64,000 bases of DNA from Azolla caroliniana (GCA_043228905.1 JBHGNT010000022.1:9238001-9302000); one strand, 5' to 3'; counted from the stretch's first letter, positions 48,874-62,128 are shown. Made by a program: numbers and translations. Notes: generated by a model not told the origin, from the sequence alone.

Positions 48874-50883
48874 TTACTTTAATTTTTCGTTGATGTACCA
48901 CAATCGCCATTGCCATCCGATCCACCATATTGTTCGTTTACTCTTTGCATTTTTATAATCGGTTGTCATGGCTGTCTTTGCTCCTCTTGAGCATAATGCT
49001 TTAGGCCTCGTGCATGTGCCACCTTCATTTCGACCATCTCCTTGGTCATTTAGCTTTCTTTTATCATTCTTTCTTGTTCCATGCATGTCTTTCAAAGGCC
49101 TTATCGAAGTACTACTGTTGAGTACTCTTAGTGGTCCATTCTTTAACGACATGCTCTCTTGTAGGTCCTTAAGTGACCACATTGTATGCTTCCCACATTG
49201 TCCACTTTCTTGGTATACTCTTGTGTTGTAATTGACTATGACTTCTACGCTAGTATTATCCTTGTTAGATTTTGTGATCACATCTTTCGTATCCGCTTGG
49301 CCCACTTGGCCCACATCTTTACTTTTTGAGGTTTGCTTGGTCTCTTTGTCGCACACATTTGCTTTTGTCTTCATGCTTTGCTTGACCTCTTTGTTGCACG
49401 CATGGACTTTCATCATTTTGCTTTGCTTTACTTCCTTGTTGCACACATTTGCTTTCACCCTTGCTTCCTCGCCGCCATCGTCCTTCTCTTGGGTCTTACA
49501 TTGGTTAATGCCCAAGTCTCTCAAAAGAGTGTGGAGGAATTTTGTAGTTTCGCATTGCCTTTGTCGTGCTACTCTTTGCCACTTCCACGTTATGGTTGTT
49601 TGTGTTGGCGTTGATCTTTGTTTCTTTGCCACCACCGTCCTTCGCTTGGGTCTTACATCGGTTAATGCCCAAGTCTCAAGAACTTTTGTGGGGAAAGTCT
49701 CTTCATGATGGTTGTCTACCCTCTTCGGCTTGATGTCATTCTTCATGGCTATCTCTTTAGACTCATGGGTCTCGTACCCATTAATCCTCTTGTTCGAGCA
49801 AGCCTCAATTATTCTCCCCTCTTCTTTGCAGGTGTTAATTTTTGCCTTCACTTCCTTGCCGCCACCTTCCATCTCTTGGGTCTCACATTGCCTTTTCGAC
49901 GCAACTGCCCAAGTCTCTGGAACAAGTGTGGAGAAAGTCTCGAAACGGCCATCCGCCATTGACTCTTCCTTAGCCACCTCTGACTCGATGTCATTTTTCG
50001 TGGCTATCTCCTCAATCACGTTGACCTCACACTTTTTATCTCCCTTGATTATGCAAGCTTTGCTCATGCTTGCACCTTCATCACTTCATGTTTCAGACAC
50101 GATGTGTGTTCCAAAACATTTATCCTCGCTTGAAGTTACATTCTCCACCCTCAATTCATTGGTTTCATTCTTTGTCATTCTTTCTTTGCAAGATGAGAAG
50201 TTCTCTGGTTCCACGTTTGTATCGATTGTAACATTAATCGGCATTTGTTGGGAGGTCTCTTCTTCCTCGATCACCATTCGTCTCAGATTTGTCTCCATTT
50301 TAAGCTTCTTTTCGGTCTCATCTTGCACCTTTAATTTCTCTAATGCTTCTCTCATTAAGGCTTCTATGTTGAGTATCAAATCTTCCCTCTTCAAGCTTTC
50401 ATCCTTCGATGGTAGTGTATTGCCACATCCCGTTCTCCTTGGAACATCCCGCATGGGTCGGGTTGTTGTTAACGAGAATCTCGTCTTCCTCTCGTCGTGT
50501 TGTCGACATACCCTTTTCACTTTCGTCCAATCTTCAGTGAGGCCACCATTGTCATCCTTGAGTTGGATTCCAATGGCCTTCCTTTCATTCCGATTAATCG
50601 ATTTCACGAACATTAGGACTTTATCGTCCCCCACCAGTCTTTGATCCTACTCCGAAAGTTGGGCAAAGCGACACTCGAACTCAACAAAAGCATGCATGGC
50701 ACTTTGCTGGGTCTTTGTGGATGACACCCATTGTTTGAACTCGTATAGGCTACATCTCTTCGGGTCTTTGTATCTACCTTCGTTGATAAAAGCCTCTCGA
50801 TCTCTCGCCTTAAGCATGATTTCCACGACGGACACGATGCCTTTCATCAATTCTTCTTTTTGAGTTCCACTTGTCGAAACCAT
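48874..50883 (-). pseudogene. Gag remnant fused to an acidic/repetitive extension (one frame, two stops)
   Basis: ORFs 50647-50883, 50086-50634 and 48874-50067 are in the same frame. They contain ETWAVASKRQCETQEMEG and ETWALTDVRPKRRT repeats also seen at 19265-20356. Confidence 0.7.
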
Positions 50884-50914
50884 CTTCGCACTTGATATCT
50901 GTCACAAAATGTGA

Positions 50915-50980
50915 ATATGAAGGTTTGAACCTGTGACCTTCAAACAATGGTCTTGCACTTTAACCATTGCACCAACTCAT
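50915..50980 (-). other. tRNA/SINE-head-like segment
   Basis: Minus strand GAGTTGGTGCAATGGTTAAAG...GGTCACAGGTTCAAACC has A-box-like and B-box-like motifs; no complete cloverleaf. Confidence 0.4.
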
Positions 50981-50989
50981 TTTCATTTT

Positions 50990-51058
50990 ACCCCACCCGA
51001 CGCATAGCCGTATGCATAGATAACTGCCCGTACGGTTAGTCCTGGGTTATACCCCAAT
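50990..51058 (+). other. 3' end of a plastid group II intron (clpP intron 2), part of a NUPT
   Basis: Domain V-like TAGCCGTATGCA...CGTACGGTT (51005-51037), then a domain VI-like stretch ending AAT immediately before the exon. Confidence 0.8.
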
Positions 51059-51272
51059 CAGGGTAATGATTCACCAACCCGCTAGTTCGTATTATGACGG
51101 ACAAGCAGGGGAGTGTGTTATGGAAGCAGAAGAAGTATCGAAACTCCGTGATTGTATAACCAGGGTTTATGCACAAAGAACTGGTAAACCGCTATGGATG
51201 ATTTCTGAAGACATGGAAAGAGACGTTTTTCTGTCAGCGGAAGAAGCCCAGGATTATGGTATCGCGGATTTT
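51059..51272 (+). pseudogene. clpP: Plastid clpP exon 3 fragment (NUPT)
   Basis: [70 protein letters not shown] is the plastid ClpP1 C-terminal part, starting at the known intron-2 boundary. Confidence 0.95.
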
Positions 51273-51544
51273 GGATTTTCATATTATTATTATTCAAGAA
51301 CTCTAGAGCACTAGACACATTAGATGACCGCCAAATGGCATGCACCCTATACGCCAAGTGGCACACAGTATGTATGCCAAATGGCGATCATGCACATTCT
51401 GATGTACAGTATATAAGTCGAAGATCTGCTTAGTGTTGAACCATTCCGGTTCAACACCAGTCTTCAACAACCTTGTAATCTCGGCTTCCGGTAATAGAAA
51501 TTCTTGTATTTTTGTCTTGTAAACGTCTTCTCGTTTGTTATTAT

Positions 51545-52248
51545 CTTCTTTTCTTAACAAAAAAAATAGCAGCGCCAGCAGGAGATCGGGAATGTCGAAT
51601 AAAGCCATTTGCAAGATTCTCATCAATATATTCTCGAAGAACTTTCAATTTTGACGGTGAAAGGTTGTAAATTGGTCCCCATGGTGGTTCCTTCTCAACA
51701 TGCAAATCAATGGGACAATCATATGGGCGATGATTAGGAAGTGTTGTGGCCTTTACCTTATGAAACACATCGGAAAATTCTAAGTGATACTTTGATGGCA
51801 AATGAACAACTGAATCTTGTGGGTTTGAGAATGGGGTTATGACCACTGCAAACACAAACATATCTTCTATTGTAGCTTCTTTCAGTGATTTGGGTTCATC
51901 ATGAAATGTTAAGAGCAAGTCTTTAACATCATTACGCAAACCATGCCGAAACAAGTCCATCATCGCTGCTTCATCCCAAGGGATATCACAAGCAAGAAGA
52001 TGAAAATCAGTTGCGTAAGCTGAGGCTGGCCGATCTCCTTGGCGCAACCTACGTATCTTGTTTATTGTTGTTCTTACACTATCAGTATCACCAAAACTAG
52101 CTTGGAATTCGTTGATAAAGGTATCAAAGTTTTCTAGTATTGGGGATTTCTTCTCTAGCAATGGTGCAAACCATGCTAGTGCGGTTCCTGTCAATAATGT
52201 TCCAACTAACCCCACTCGAGTTGCGTCAGTTGGATATCGGTTGGGATG
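51545..52248 (-). pseudogene. Internally deleted Ty3/gypsy (Tcn1/chromovirus-like) gag plus RT start
   Basis: HPNRYPTDATRVGLVGTLLTGTALAWF...LRQGDRPASAYATDF...FRHGL, a jump over the protease, then PPWGPIYNLS...GFIRHSRSPAGAAIFFVKK, where homology stops. Confidence 0.85.
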
Positions 52249-55200
52249 TGACGAGAACTACAACATTCCTTATGCGCAACGCTCGGCCACAACCGAGCTT
52301 AAAATCATACACAGAAAACGGGAAATAAATGCACGACACAAGAGAAGAGAATGAGTACGCAGGATGTTTACGTGGAAAACCCAAACTAAGGGAAAAACCA
52401 CGGCAACCCACAGGCTGCAAACTATCACTATGCTAGAATGTACAACAGTGAGTTCACGGAGGCAATGACCTCGTGCTCACGATCTTCGCCACAGGCGGCG
52501 GTTACAACTGAGGCAACGACCTCTTCCTCTCTCTCTCACTCTCTCTGTACACAGTTACGTGCTCTGATCTCGCGCAGACAACAATAAAACAACTACTACT
52601 AAAAGTTTGCCCTAAGTCATATTTATACTAATATGACTTTTCGGCTATTTACAGATATAGCCTCGATGGACTCTCAGAAACATATTTACGAATATGTCTC
52701 TTAATCCGGTGAGCATTCCTCACCGGGTCTGCACCATCCGGCTCTCCGTAGCCGGGTACTCCTCTTCTGGTTCTCACTGGGTCTGCACCATCCGGCTCTC
52801 CGTAGCCGGGTACTCCTCTTCCGGTTCTCACCGGGTCTGCACCATCCGGCTCTCCATAATCAGGTACTCCTCTTTCGGTTCTAACCGGGTCTGCACCATC
52901 CGGCTGTCCGTAGCCAGGTACTCTTCTTCCGGTTCTCACTGGGTCTGCACCATCCGGCTCTCCGTAGCCGGGTACTCCTCTTCCGGTTCTCACTGGGTCT
53001 GCTCTTCTCCCTTCCCATCCGGAGGGACCTGTCTCCCAACAAACTCCCCCTTCACTCCGGCATGGGGTGTCTTATCAGTCCGATTCTCTTCCGGCATGCA
53101 TCCAACTTGTCGGGTATCAGCACTTTGGTCAGCATATCTGACCCGTTCTTGGCCGTGTGGATCTTCGTCAATGCGAACTCCTGGTCATCTACTCTTTCCC
53201 GGATCCAGTGATACCTTCGCTGGATATGCTTCGTCCGGGAATGGTAGGCCGCATTCTTAGCAAGATGGATGGCACTCTGACTGTCGCAATAGTGTCGGTA
53301 TTCATCTTGCCAGATACCGAGCTCTCCGATGAAGTACTTCATCCATAATATTTCCTTGCCAGCTTCCACAAGCGCCATGTACTCCGCCTCCGTGGTTGAC
53401 AATGCAACCGTCTTCTGCAGCCTCGACTGCCATGAGACAGCTCCCCCTGCATATGTCATTACATACCCGGATGTAGACCGACTGGTATCCACATCAGCCG
53501 ACACAGTTGAGGTTGACCGCATTCCAGTGCTCCTTGTCGGGATTGCTCATAAACCGGCTCACCACTCCGACTGCGTATCCTATATCCGGTCGGGTACAAA
53601 CCATTGCGTACATTAAGCTCCCGACGGCAGAGGCATATGGAATCTTCATCATATCCGCCTTCTCTGCTTTCGTCTTTGGGCTTTGCTTACCGGATAACCT
53701 GCAGTTTGCCGGAAGTGTCGATCCGACCGGTTTCGCATCTGACATGTTGAACCCGTGAAGCACCTTTGTCACGTACTTCTCCTGTGACAACCATAATTGC
53801 TTCGCTGACCGGTTCCGGATAATATGCATCCTCAACATCTGTCTTGTTGGACCCAAGTCTTTCATTGAGAAGGTTCGGTTGAGGGCCTTCTTCAGCATCC
53901 GTATTTTGACTTGGTCCCGTCCGACGATCAACATGTCATCCACGTACAGAAGGAGTATCAGGAAGTCGCCTCCTTCGAACTTCTTCACAAACATGCAGTG
54001 ATCGGCCTGTGTCTTGTGGTACCCTTGATCGGTCATGAAGGAATCGAACTTCCGGTACCATTGTCGGGGAGGTTGCTTTAGTCCGTACAGGCTCTTCTTC
54101 AACCGGCATACCAGGTGCCCCTTCCCTTTCTCCACGAATCCTTCCGGTTGCTGCATGTAGATCTCCGCTTCGAGGTCACCGTGAAGGAATGCCGTCTTCA
54201 CGTCTAGCTGCTCTACCTTGAGGTCCATGCTTGCCGCTATACTCAGCACCGTCCGGATGGAGGTCATCTTTACTACCAGGGCAAATATCTCGTCGATCCC
54301 CTTCACCACGATCCTGGCTTTGTATCTCGGGGGGTTGCCAGCATCTCCCGGTTTCAACTTGTACACCCACTTGTTTCGGAGTGCCCACTTTCCTTTCGGC
54401 AACTCCACCAATTCGTACGTATGGTTCTCATGCAGGGAATCCCTCTCATCCTGCATGGCAGTTAACCATTTGCGGTTGTGGGTGTCATCCTTCGCTTCTT
54501 CGAAGCTTTCTGGCTCCCCCTCATCGGTTAGCAGCACATGCTCTGCATCCGGAAATCTCCGGGGGGGCCTTCTCTCTCTTAGAGGATATCTCCGTCTCTG
54601 GGCTTCGGTAACCGGCTCCTCTATTTGCTCTTCATCTGAATCTGATTCAGGGTCTTGGCCGGTTCCGGTTTCAGCTTCCTCTAGTTCTTCTTCAGCCTGT
54701 TCGGTATCCTCACCGTAACCGGCTAGCTCCTCGAGTGCTAACCGGTCTCTTGCCAGTTGGGTCTGTTCATTGTAGAGTCGATCCTTACCGGTCGACTCGG
54801 AGTTCATTATCTTCTTCTCCGACTCCCAGTCGGCGAGCGTCTTGTCCTCCATGAAGATAATATCTCGACTCCGGAATACCTTCTTATCGACCGGGTCCCA
54901 CACTTGGTAGCCGAACTCATCGTCGTCGTAACCGAGGAATATGCATGGCCGGGTCTTTGGATCTAACTTTCCTCTCCAGTCCTTAGCTACATGCATGTAC
55001 GCGAGACACCCAAACACCTTCAGATGCCGGTAGGACACTTCCTTACCGGTCCAAACTCTCCGTGGCGTGTCTCCGTCCAAGGGTACTGAGGGTGATCTGT
55101 TTATCACGTATGTCGCTGTCGACAGTGCCTTAGCCCAAAACTTCTTGGGTAGTTTTGCATGCGCTAGCATACTCCAGACCCTCTCCATTATGGTCCGGTT

Positions 55201-55492
55201 CATCCTCTCGGCCAGCCCGTTTAGTTCCGGCGTCTTCGGCACGGTAAATTCGAGCCGGATTCCCTTCGAGCGGCAGTACTCCTCGAACTGCCCCCGGTAT
55301 TCTCCTCCGTTATCTGCTTGAACCGCCTTCAGCTTCCGGCCGGTTTCTCTTTCCACTCTCGCGTGGAGCTCTTTAAAGGCGAATAGCACTTGATCCTTCG
55401 TCTTCAACGGTGTGGCCCACAACTTCCGGCTGTGGTCATCTATGAATGTCACGAAGTACTACGCTCCGGCATGTGACTTCGTGTCTACTTGA
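52249..55492 (-). mobile_element. 3' part of a Ty1/copia element related to 795-5824; 3' LTR 52249-53041; interrupted in the integrase by gypsy copy 2
   Basis: PPT GGAGTGAAGGGGGAG adjoins 53041. ORFs 53494-55452 (INT-RT) and 53052-53522 (RH, ending RHPMPE like the element at 795). Confidence 0.93.
52720..53000. repeat. 54-bp tandem repeat x5 in the copia LTR
   Basis: Unit GGGTCTGCACCATCCGGCTCTCCGTAGCCGGGTACTCCTCTTCCGGTTCTCACT, seen as an 18-aa periodicity in the ORF track. Confidence 0.93.
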
Positions 55493-55946
55493 TGTTCCCA
55501 GCCGGCAAAGGAGTAGGAATGTGGTTGTAATTAAGCTATGAGTGTGGATGGAGGGATCGGAATCGGTATGCCGTTCCGGATCTGGACCGATCCCGAACAG
55601 GTGCGGATGGCACCGTTTTGTAATACAGACCAGAAACCTATTTAAAGGCCCGGATACAATGTAATGAATAACGGTTAATTAATAAAGCTTAGTGTTGTTA
55701 TCTCTCTGTGTTAATTGCCGTTCGGCCTTAATTGTTATATCTTACGCGTGTGATTATGAAAGACGATCATGCTAAGTAACTTAATTAAGTCGGATTAATC
55801 GTTGAGTCTAATCCTGTTGCCGTAACACCCTTTGGTGAAGTGTCTTCTGTAGACACCCTGTGTTAGGCCATTGTCCGGCCCTAAGAGTTAACACAGTTTT
55901 TGGCGACCACGATTCCTGTTTTTGTAGCGAACAATGACACGGATGG

Positions 55947-58900
55947 ATGTCTAGATCAACGCACGACCTGGTTACAGATCGAACTCGACGCCTTGCCGAA
56001 AGGCAGAGGAGATGTGAGGCTTTCCAGCAAGCGGCGCAGGAAATTAGAGCGGATCACTCGTTTTCCAACGTAATCCGGAGAGTAGCGGAGGACTCCCTCT
56101 GGTTACAGCAAACATGGCACCCGGACGACAGCAGCAGCCTAAGCAGCCTCCGGGATACCGAATCCCTTCTCCACGCGCTGGCAAACGGAGAAGGCGAAGC
56201 AGAAGCCTTTTCAGCATATGAATCGGACTCTGAAGGGGAATACAGCGTGCACACGAACTACCGTAGCAGCAACGAAACCCCGGGCGGACCGGAGGACGAA
56301 GGATCAGATACCTTACCGACACCGGAACCGGAAGTGGTAATGCTGGAACCCCCGGAACCAGCAGAGGAAGAGCGACCTCCGACACCGAAAGTCGAAGAGG
56401 AGAGGCCTCCGTCACCAAAAGAAGAGGAAAAACCACCGACGCCGGAAATAAATCGGGAAAGACCACTGACGCCGGAGAAAATTCCGGAACGAGCACCAAC
56501 ACTGCCAGCCTGCGCACCGATACCGGACGACGACATGCCGTTCCAGTACTCCAAGTATAGAGATGATCCGGACGCGGAAGCTCATGTGCACGCCTTTGAA
56601 TAGACATGGGAAGCCAACCATGTGTCCCAGCGATTGACCCCGGATGAAGAAGAACGCTCTAAGATAGCGGAATTTGGCGTCACATTGGAGGGACCGGCGG
56701 CAAGATGGCGCCGGACGCAGGACCCGTCTACCATCAACACCTTTGCAGATTTAAAAGCTAAATTCTTGCATTTTTTCCAAAAGGAGGTGGACCAGACCGT
56801 AATGGTAGGCTTATTTTATACCATCTGACAGGAGGCAGGGGAGAGCATTCCCCAATTTGTCATCCGGTTTCAACAGATGCATAGTCAGCTTGCCCGCGCA
56901 TCCCCGGAGGAGGAATTACAGACTATATTCCTAAACGCGCTCCGGGAACCCCTACGCATGGTTTGCACGGTAATTGACTTCCGCACAAGTACCATCGACC
57001 AGGTCATTGATCGGGTGAGAGAGATGGAAAAGACAAGCTCCTGGCTCACACTGGGAGCACCCCAACGGGCGTTACCGTCCGATGAAGACCTCCGGTTTCG
57101 GCAAGCAATACAGTGCACAACCTGCTTGAATTCCGGACACTCGGCTCTAGAATGCACTATGAGGACGCAATGTGTAATCTGTCAATCCAAGGGCCATACG
57201 ACGGATAGGTGCGAGTATAATCTATTAAACCGGCAAGCACCGCTCGTCCGACAAATTGAGCCACGCAACAGCCAGGATGAAGAAGAGGAACGCTGGCGGC
57301 GAATGGACCGCGACCGACCGGCACAGGATGTCCGGTACGGCGATCGACGGGAAAATGAGGTCCGGTATGGCGATCAGCGGGATAACTATGACCGGCATGA
57401 TCGGTACCAAAAGTACAATAGACGATACGAACATTACGACCGGGAGCACTCCCTCGGGTATCGTCAGCAACGGGAGGAATACGGTAGATATAACGGGCAA
57501 TCCCGTCAAGAGTACCGCAATAAGAAGAGCTATAACAAAAAACGGCATTTCTAAAAAGGCGGCTACCCACGGGATCCGGAACAAGGAGCTCCAAGCAGCC
57601 AACCGGTCCAAAACCCCACGCGTACCGCAGGACCTGGCCCGGGTACAACAGACAATGCCGAATCCAGCAATACCCGGAAAGCCTACTGCTACTACTGCCG
57701 ATAGGAAGGCCATTATAGTAATCAATGCCCGGTGAAGAGCTATGAAAAACGACCGGCGGTAAATATGGTAGTCCCTGAGGTGGCAGATCTGCAGCAGGTG
57801 ACCACAAGGTCGAAGGGCATGGCCAAGGAATGGGAGACGCAAGAGACCATCCGGAAACAAGCAACGGAATGGGTGAAGAAAGCAAATGAGCAGAATGTCA
57901 CAGACTTATAGCGGCAAAAGAAGAACACCGTAGGGCTTGCCGGCGGTAGTCACTCCGAGAACGAGACATGGCAGGCGTTGCAAGAATGCCAGATTACGTT
58001 GCCACTAGGAAGACTCCTACAACTCATGCCAAGATTCACGGAAGGATTGAAGACGGCCATGACGGCAGGAGAACCATCACCGGCACCGGTACTCTTCTCA
58101 AATCCTGAGGAGGGACCAACGGTGGTGGACACCAGCAGTCCGGTAATCACTACCATTGTAAAAGGGAAAGAACTCCCCGGCACAGTTATAGACGGAGGGA
58201 GGCTCTAGGGTGAATGTAATAAGCCTCCAGACGTGTGATGCCCTAGGAATCCACGAGTCGGAGCCGTGTCCGTTCTGGTTGCGGATGGCCGATACAAGCT
58301 CAGTGCAGCCGACAGGATTAATACGGAAATTAGAAGTCACCGTGGGCGGTCATACATTTCACATCTCGGCAGTAGTGCTACAATTACAGGCACAAGGAGC
58401 ATACCCGCTATTACTGGGGCGACCATGGTTGAAACGGCACATATCAAACAGAATTGGAGGAAAAATATAATTACCTTCCGGCGAGGAAAAGCCAAGGTAC
58501 GGGTACCAACACAGCCAAGGACGAGCACTGGCAAGGAATGTACACCGTTGTATGCGGAATGCGTCAACATGCTAGAAGGGTTAGCTGACGAAGAAGAAGC
58601 TCAGTACTTGCAGGAAAACCCGAAGATCATACCCCTCTTCGAAATTGACATTGCCAAAGCAGTAGCACCATACTTACCGCAACCGGAAGAGGCTGAAGCA
58701 GAACCGGATAAAGACGCAATCCGAGAGTTACGGCAAGCGCAGGAAGCATTGGAACGGGAAATGGCAGTTTCACAGCGCGTAAAAGCGTCGCAACTGGAAG
58801 AGGTGAACCTAGGAACACGGACGAAGCAAAACCGGTGCACATCACCAAGGAGATGAAGTCCAAAGACAAAATGGCAATGATCACACTTCTCACGGAATTT

Positions 58901-61745
58901 CGCGATGTGTTCGCCTGGTCATACGAAGACATGCGAGGACTCGACCCTCAGTTATACCAGCATCAGGTTCACTTGAGCAAGGACGCAAAACCAGTGGCAC
59001 AAAGACGGTACCGGATGAATCCCAATTATGCCGCCAAAGTCAAGGAGGAAATCGACAAACTGCTAAGAGTTGGCTTTATCCGTTCGGTAAAGAAAGCGAC
59101 ATGGCTGAGCCTGATCGTAGTCGTACCGAAGAAGAACGGAAAAATTCGAGTTTGTGTGGACTACCGGCAACTCAATGGAGCTACGGTAACGGATGCGTTT
59201 CCACTTCCGTTCACAGATGGAGTGTTGGATGCTGTCGCCGTCCATGAGGTCTATAGCTTCCTAGACAGATTCAACGGGTATAATCAGATCCGGATGCACC
59301 CTGACGACCAAGAGAAAACGGCTTTCGTCACTAAATGGGGGGTGTTTGTGGCCGTGGTGATGATGTTCGGACTCAAAACGACACCGACAACATTTCAACG
59401 AATCATCATGGAAATCTTTGGGGAATATATTCAGGCTTTTATGCAGGTTTTCCTTGACGATTTCGCCGTCTATAGCCGGGAGGAGGACCATTTTCAGCAC
59501 CTCCGTCTTTGTCTAGAAAAGTGTAGAGCGTATTTGGCGTGTCCCGCAAAGCTTGAATCCGGCAAAGTGTGTATTTGGCGTGTCCAGTGGAACTCTATTA
59601 GGACATATTGTGAGCCAGGAAGGTATTGCAGTCGACCCGGACAAAGTGAAAGCCATATTAGAAGCACCGGTGCCGGCAACGGCAAAGGCATTAACCCGGT
59701 TCTTAGGCCAGATCCGGTGGCACAGCCGGATGCTCCGATACTTGGCCGACCTGGCTACACCGTTGCATGCCGCTGTACATCGGACACCATTCCAGTGGAC
59801 CGACACCGAGGATAGGGCGTATAAGGCCCTCAAGGTACTATTGTCGCAAGCACCGGTAGTGCAGCCTCCGGATTGGAGTAAAGAATTTCACGTGTTCGTG
59901 GACGCCTCCGACATCGCAATCAAAAGCGTACTGATGCAGCTTACGGAACCAAAGTGGTACCAGCCAGTGTACTATGCCAACCGAAAGCTATCCCAAGTAG
60001 AATGGAACTACTCTACCACGGAATGGGAAGCTCTAGGGATGATCTACAGTGTGACAAAGTTTCGACATTATTTATTGGGAAGGAAGTTTTCCTTCCATGT
60101 AGATCATTCGGCACTCCTTTACCTGGTGTCCAAAGCGTCACTCACCGGCAAATTGGCCCGGTGGACCTTACTGTTACAGGAATTCGAGTTTGAAATATTC
60201 CACCGACCCGGTATACAGCATGCCGTGGCGGATTACTTAAGCCGATTAGAGTCGGGAGAGACGGGTGACGGAGTAGCGGATGAGTTTCCGGATGCGGAGC
60301 TGTTTCGAGTCACTACGGAAACAGCAGCAGATGAGACGGTCGCACAGGAAGACAAGTGGCTCACAAACATGCACCAGTTTCTGAGCACAGGACTGCCTCC
60401 GGAAGAGATGAACCGGGACGAACGGAAACGCCTGGCGGTGCAAAGCCGACATTTCTGCTTACTGCAAGACACACTTTACCACAAGGGCGCGAACGGCATA
60501 TGGAGACGGGTTGTGCGCAACGATGAAAAGGACCTGATACTGAGGGAAGCTCACTGCGGAGTTGTCGGAGGTCACTATGCCGGGGATGCGACGGCTAGGA
60601 AAATATGGCAAAGTGGCCTATGGTGGCCAACGACATTAAGAGATGCGGTACGGTACGCAAAAGAATGTGACCTATGCCAGCAAATGGGCCAGCCAACGGA
60701 GCAGGCTCGTATGCCACACCAGCCGGTACTACCACTCAAGCCATTCCGAAAGTGGGGGCTGGACTTTGTTGGACCGTTCAAACCACCGGCAATGAGAACG
60801 GGTAATCGGTACGTCATCGTCGTGACGGATTACTGCACGAAATGGGTGGAGGCCAAAACATTAAGAGACAACACCGCTGTGTCAATGGCGAAATTTCTAT
60901 ACGAGTACATCTGGTGCCATTACGGATGCCCAATCGAATTAATAAGCGACCAAGGGGGGCACTTTCTCGGGCAAGTAATGGAAAGCCTGACGACATTCTA
61001 TGCCGTTGTCCACAAACGGAGCACACCTTACTATCCACAAGCGAACGGTTTAGCGGAATCAACGAACAAGACGCTCTAGAATATCCTCCGGAAGATCGTC
61101 AACGAAAACTGAACGGATTGGGATACCAAGCTACATAGCGCGCTTTGGGCATACCGGACGGCATACAAAACGAGCATCCGAACAACACCGTTCCGGTTAG
61201 CGTTCGGACTAGAGTCGGTAATGCCGGTGGAATTCCAAGTACCCAGCTTACGGATCCAGCTACGGGAACGGCTGAATGAGAAGGAGTCGGAGGCAATACA
61301 GTTAACAGCGCTGTGTGAACTCGAGGAACAAGGACTGGCAAGCATCCTACACTTAGAATTGGAACAACGGCGACGGAAAGCATTTGTCGACCGGCACAGG
61401 AAAGGAAACGAAAAAATGTTTGCAATCGGCAAACCGGTGTTAGTATTTCAGACCCGGATGGGCAAGATGCCGGGTAAACTACGGTTTAGATGGACCGGAC
61501 CGTATTGGCTAACACGTGAGTATAATGGGTCCTACCAGTTAGGGACACTTGCCGGCGAAGTGCTAGGCAAATGGGTCAACGGATTCCGATTGAAACCATA
61601 TAGAGGATCGATGCCTAAGAACCCATTTGAGCAAAGGACCGACACCAGTGAGGGAAACGGCAACCACCAAGACGGCAGAGATGGCGAGCCGGTAACTGGG
61701 GAGAATGAGGCCGATAAGGGTCTGAGAGGACCAACGGACAAGTAA
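55947..61745 (+). pseudogene. Gypsy gag-pol pseudogene (multiple stops and frameshifts)
   Basis: Fragments 55947-56603, 56877-57554, 58835-59815, 59553-61079 and 61221-61745 align with the copy-1 polyprotein. Confidence 0.93.
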
Positions 61746-62128
61746 CGTCACACTAATATAATAATAAAAAATAAAAATAAAAAATAAAAAAACGAAGTAA
61801 TCATGCAAAAGCGAGGAATGAATGGATGAAAGAGCGAGGAGCGAAAAGGTACGTAGTGGGCATTTAAAGCGCCACCACAGGACATAATGCTATTTTAGTA
61901 CACGACGTGCACACACTCGAAAAAGGCGCCAGAATGCACAGAGAAAAACCACTGTGCGTGGAGACCCTTTACTTTCGCGAACCCAGGAGCACAGAAACAC
62001 CAAGGCACTGAAAGATCATCAAACGAGAACCTACACACAGAGAACCCCCGCCTTCTGAACTCTCTCTCTCTCAATCTCACTCTCATCACCATCCAACCTC
62101 GCCACCGCAATCCGACCTCGACACAGAC

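Larger units (their letters stand above)
47443..50899 (-). mobile_element. Second non-autonomous gag-only element of the Trp group: 3' LTR 47443-48809, interior 48810-50899, cut just upstream of gag
   Basis: LTR TGTCG...CGACA resembles the 39312 LTR termini in reverse. PPT and upstream hairpin at 48810-48850 match 46444-46482. Gag start MVSTSGTQKEELMKGIVSVVEIMLKARDREA aligns with 40802. No pol. Confidence 0.88.

Noticed and set aside
49232-50644. Long Ser/Phe/Leu-rich plus-strand ORFs (also 19612-20522, 31159-31923, 35713-36525)
   Set aside because: Antisense shadows of purine-rich minus-strand coding sequence; no independent motifs.
51066-51314. Functional nuclear ClpP gene
   Set aside because: Only the last exon, no transit peptide or upstream exons, truncated C-terminus, and a plastid intron remnant attached.
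59520-59590. Local repeat TATTTGGCGTGTCC in the RT of gypsy copy 2
   Set aside because: A small templated insertion causing a frameshift, absent from copy 1; ordinary decay rather than a programmed frameshift.
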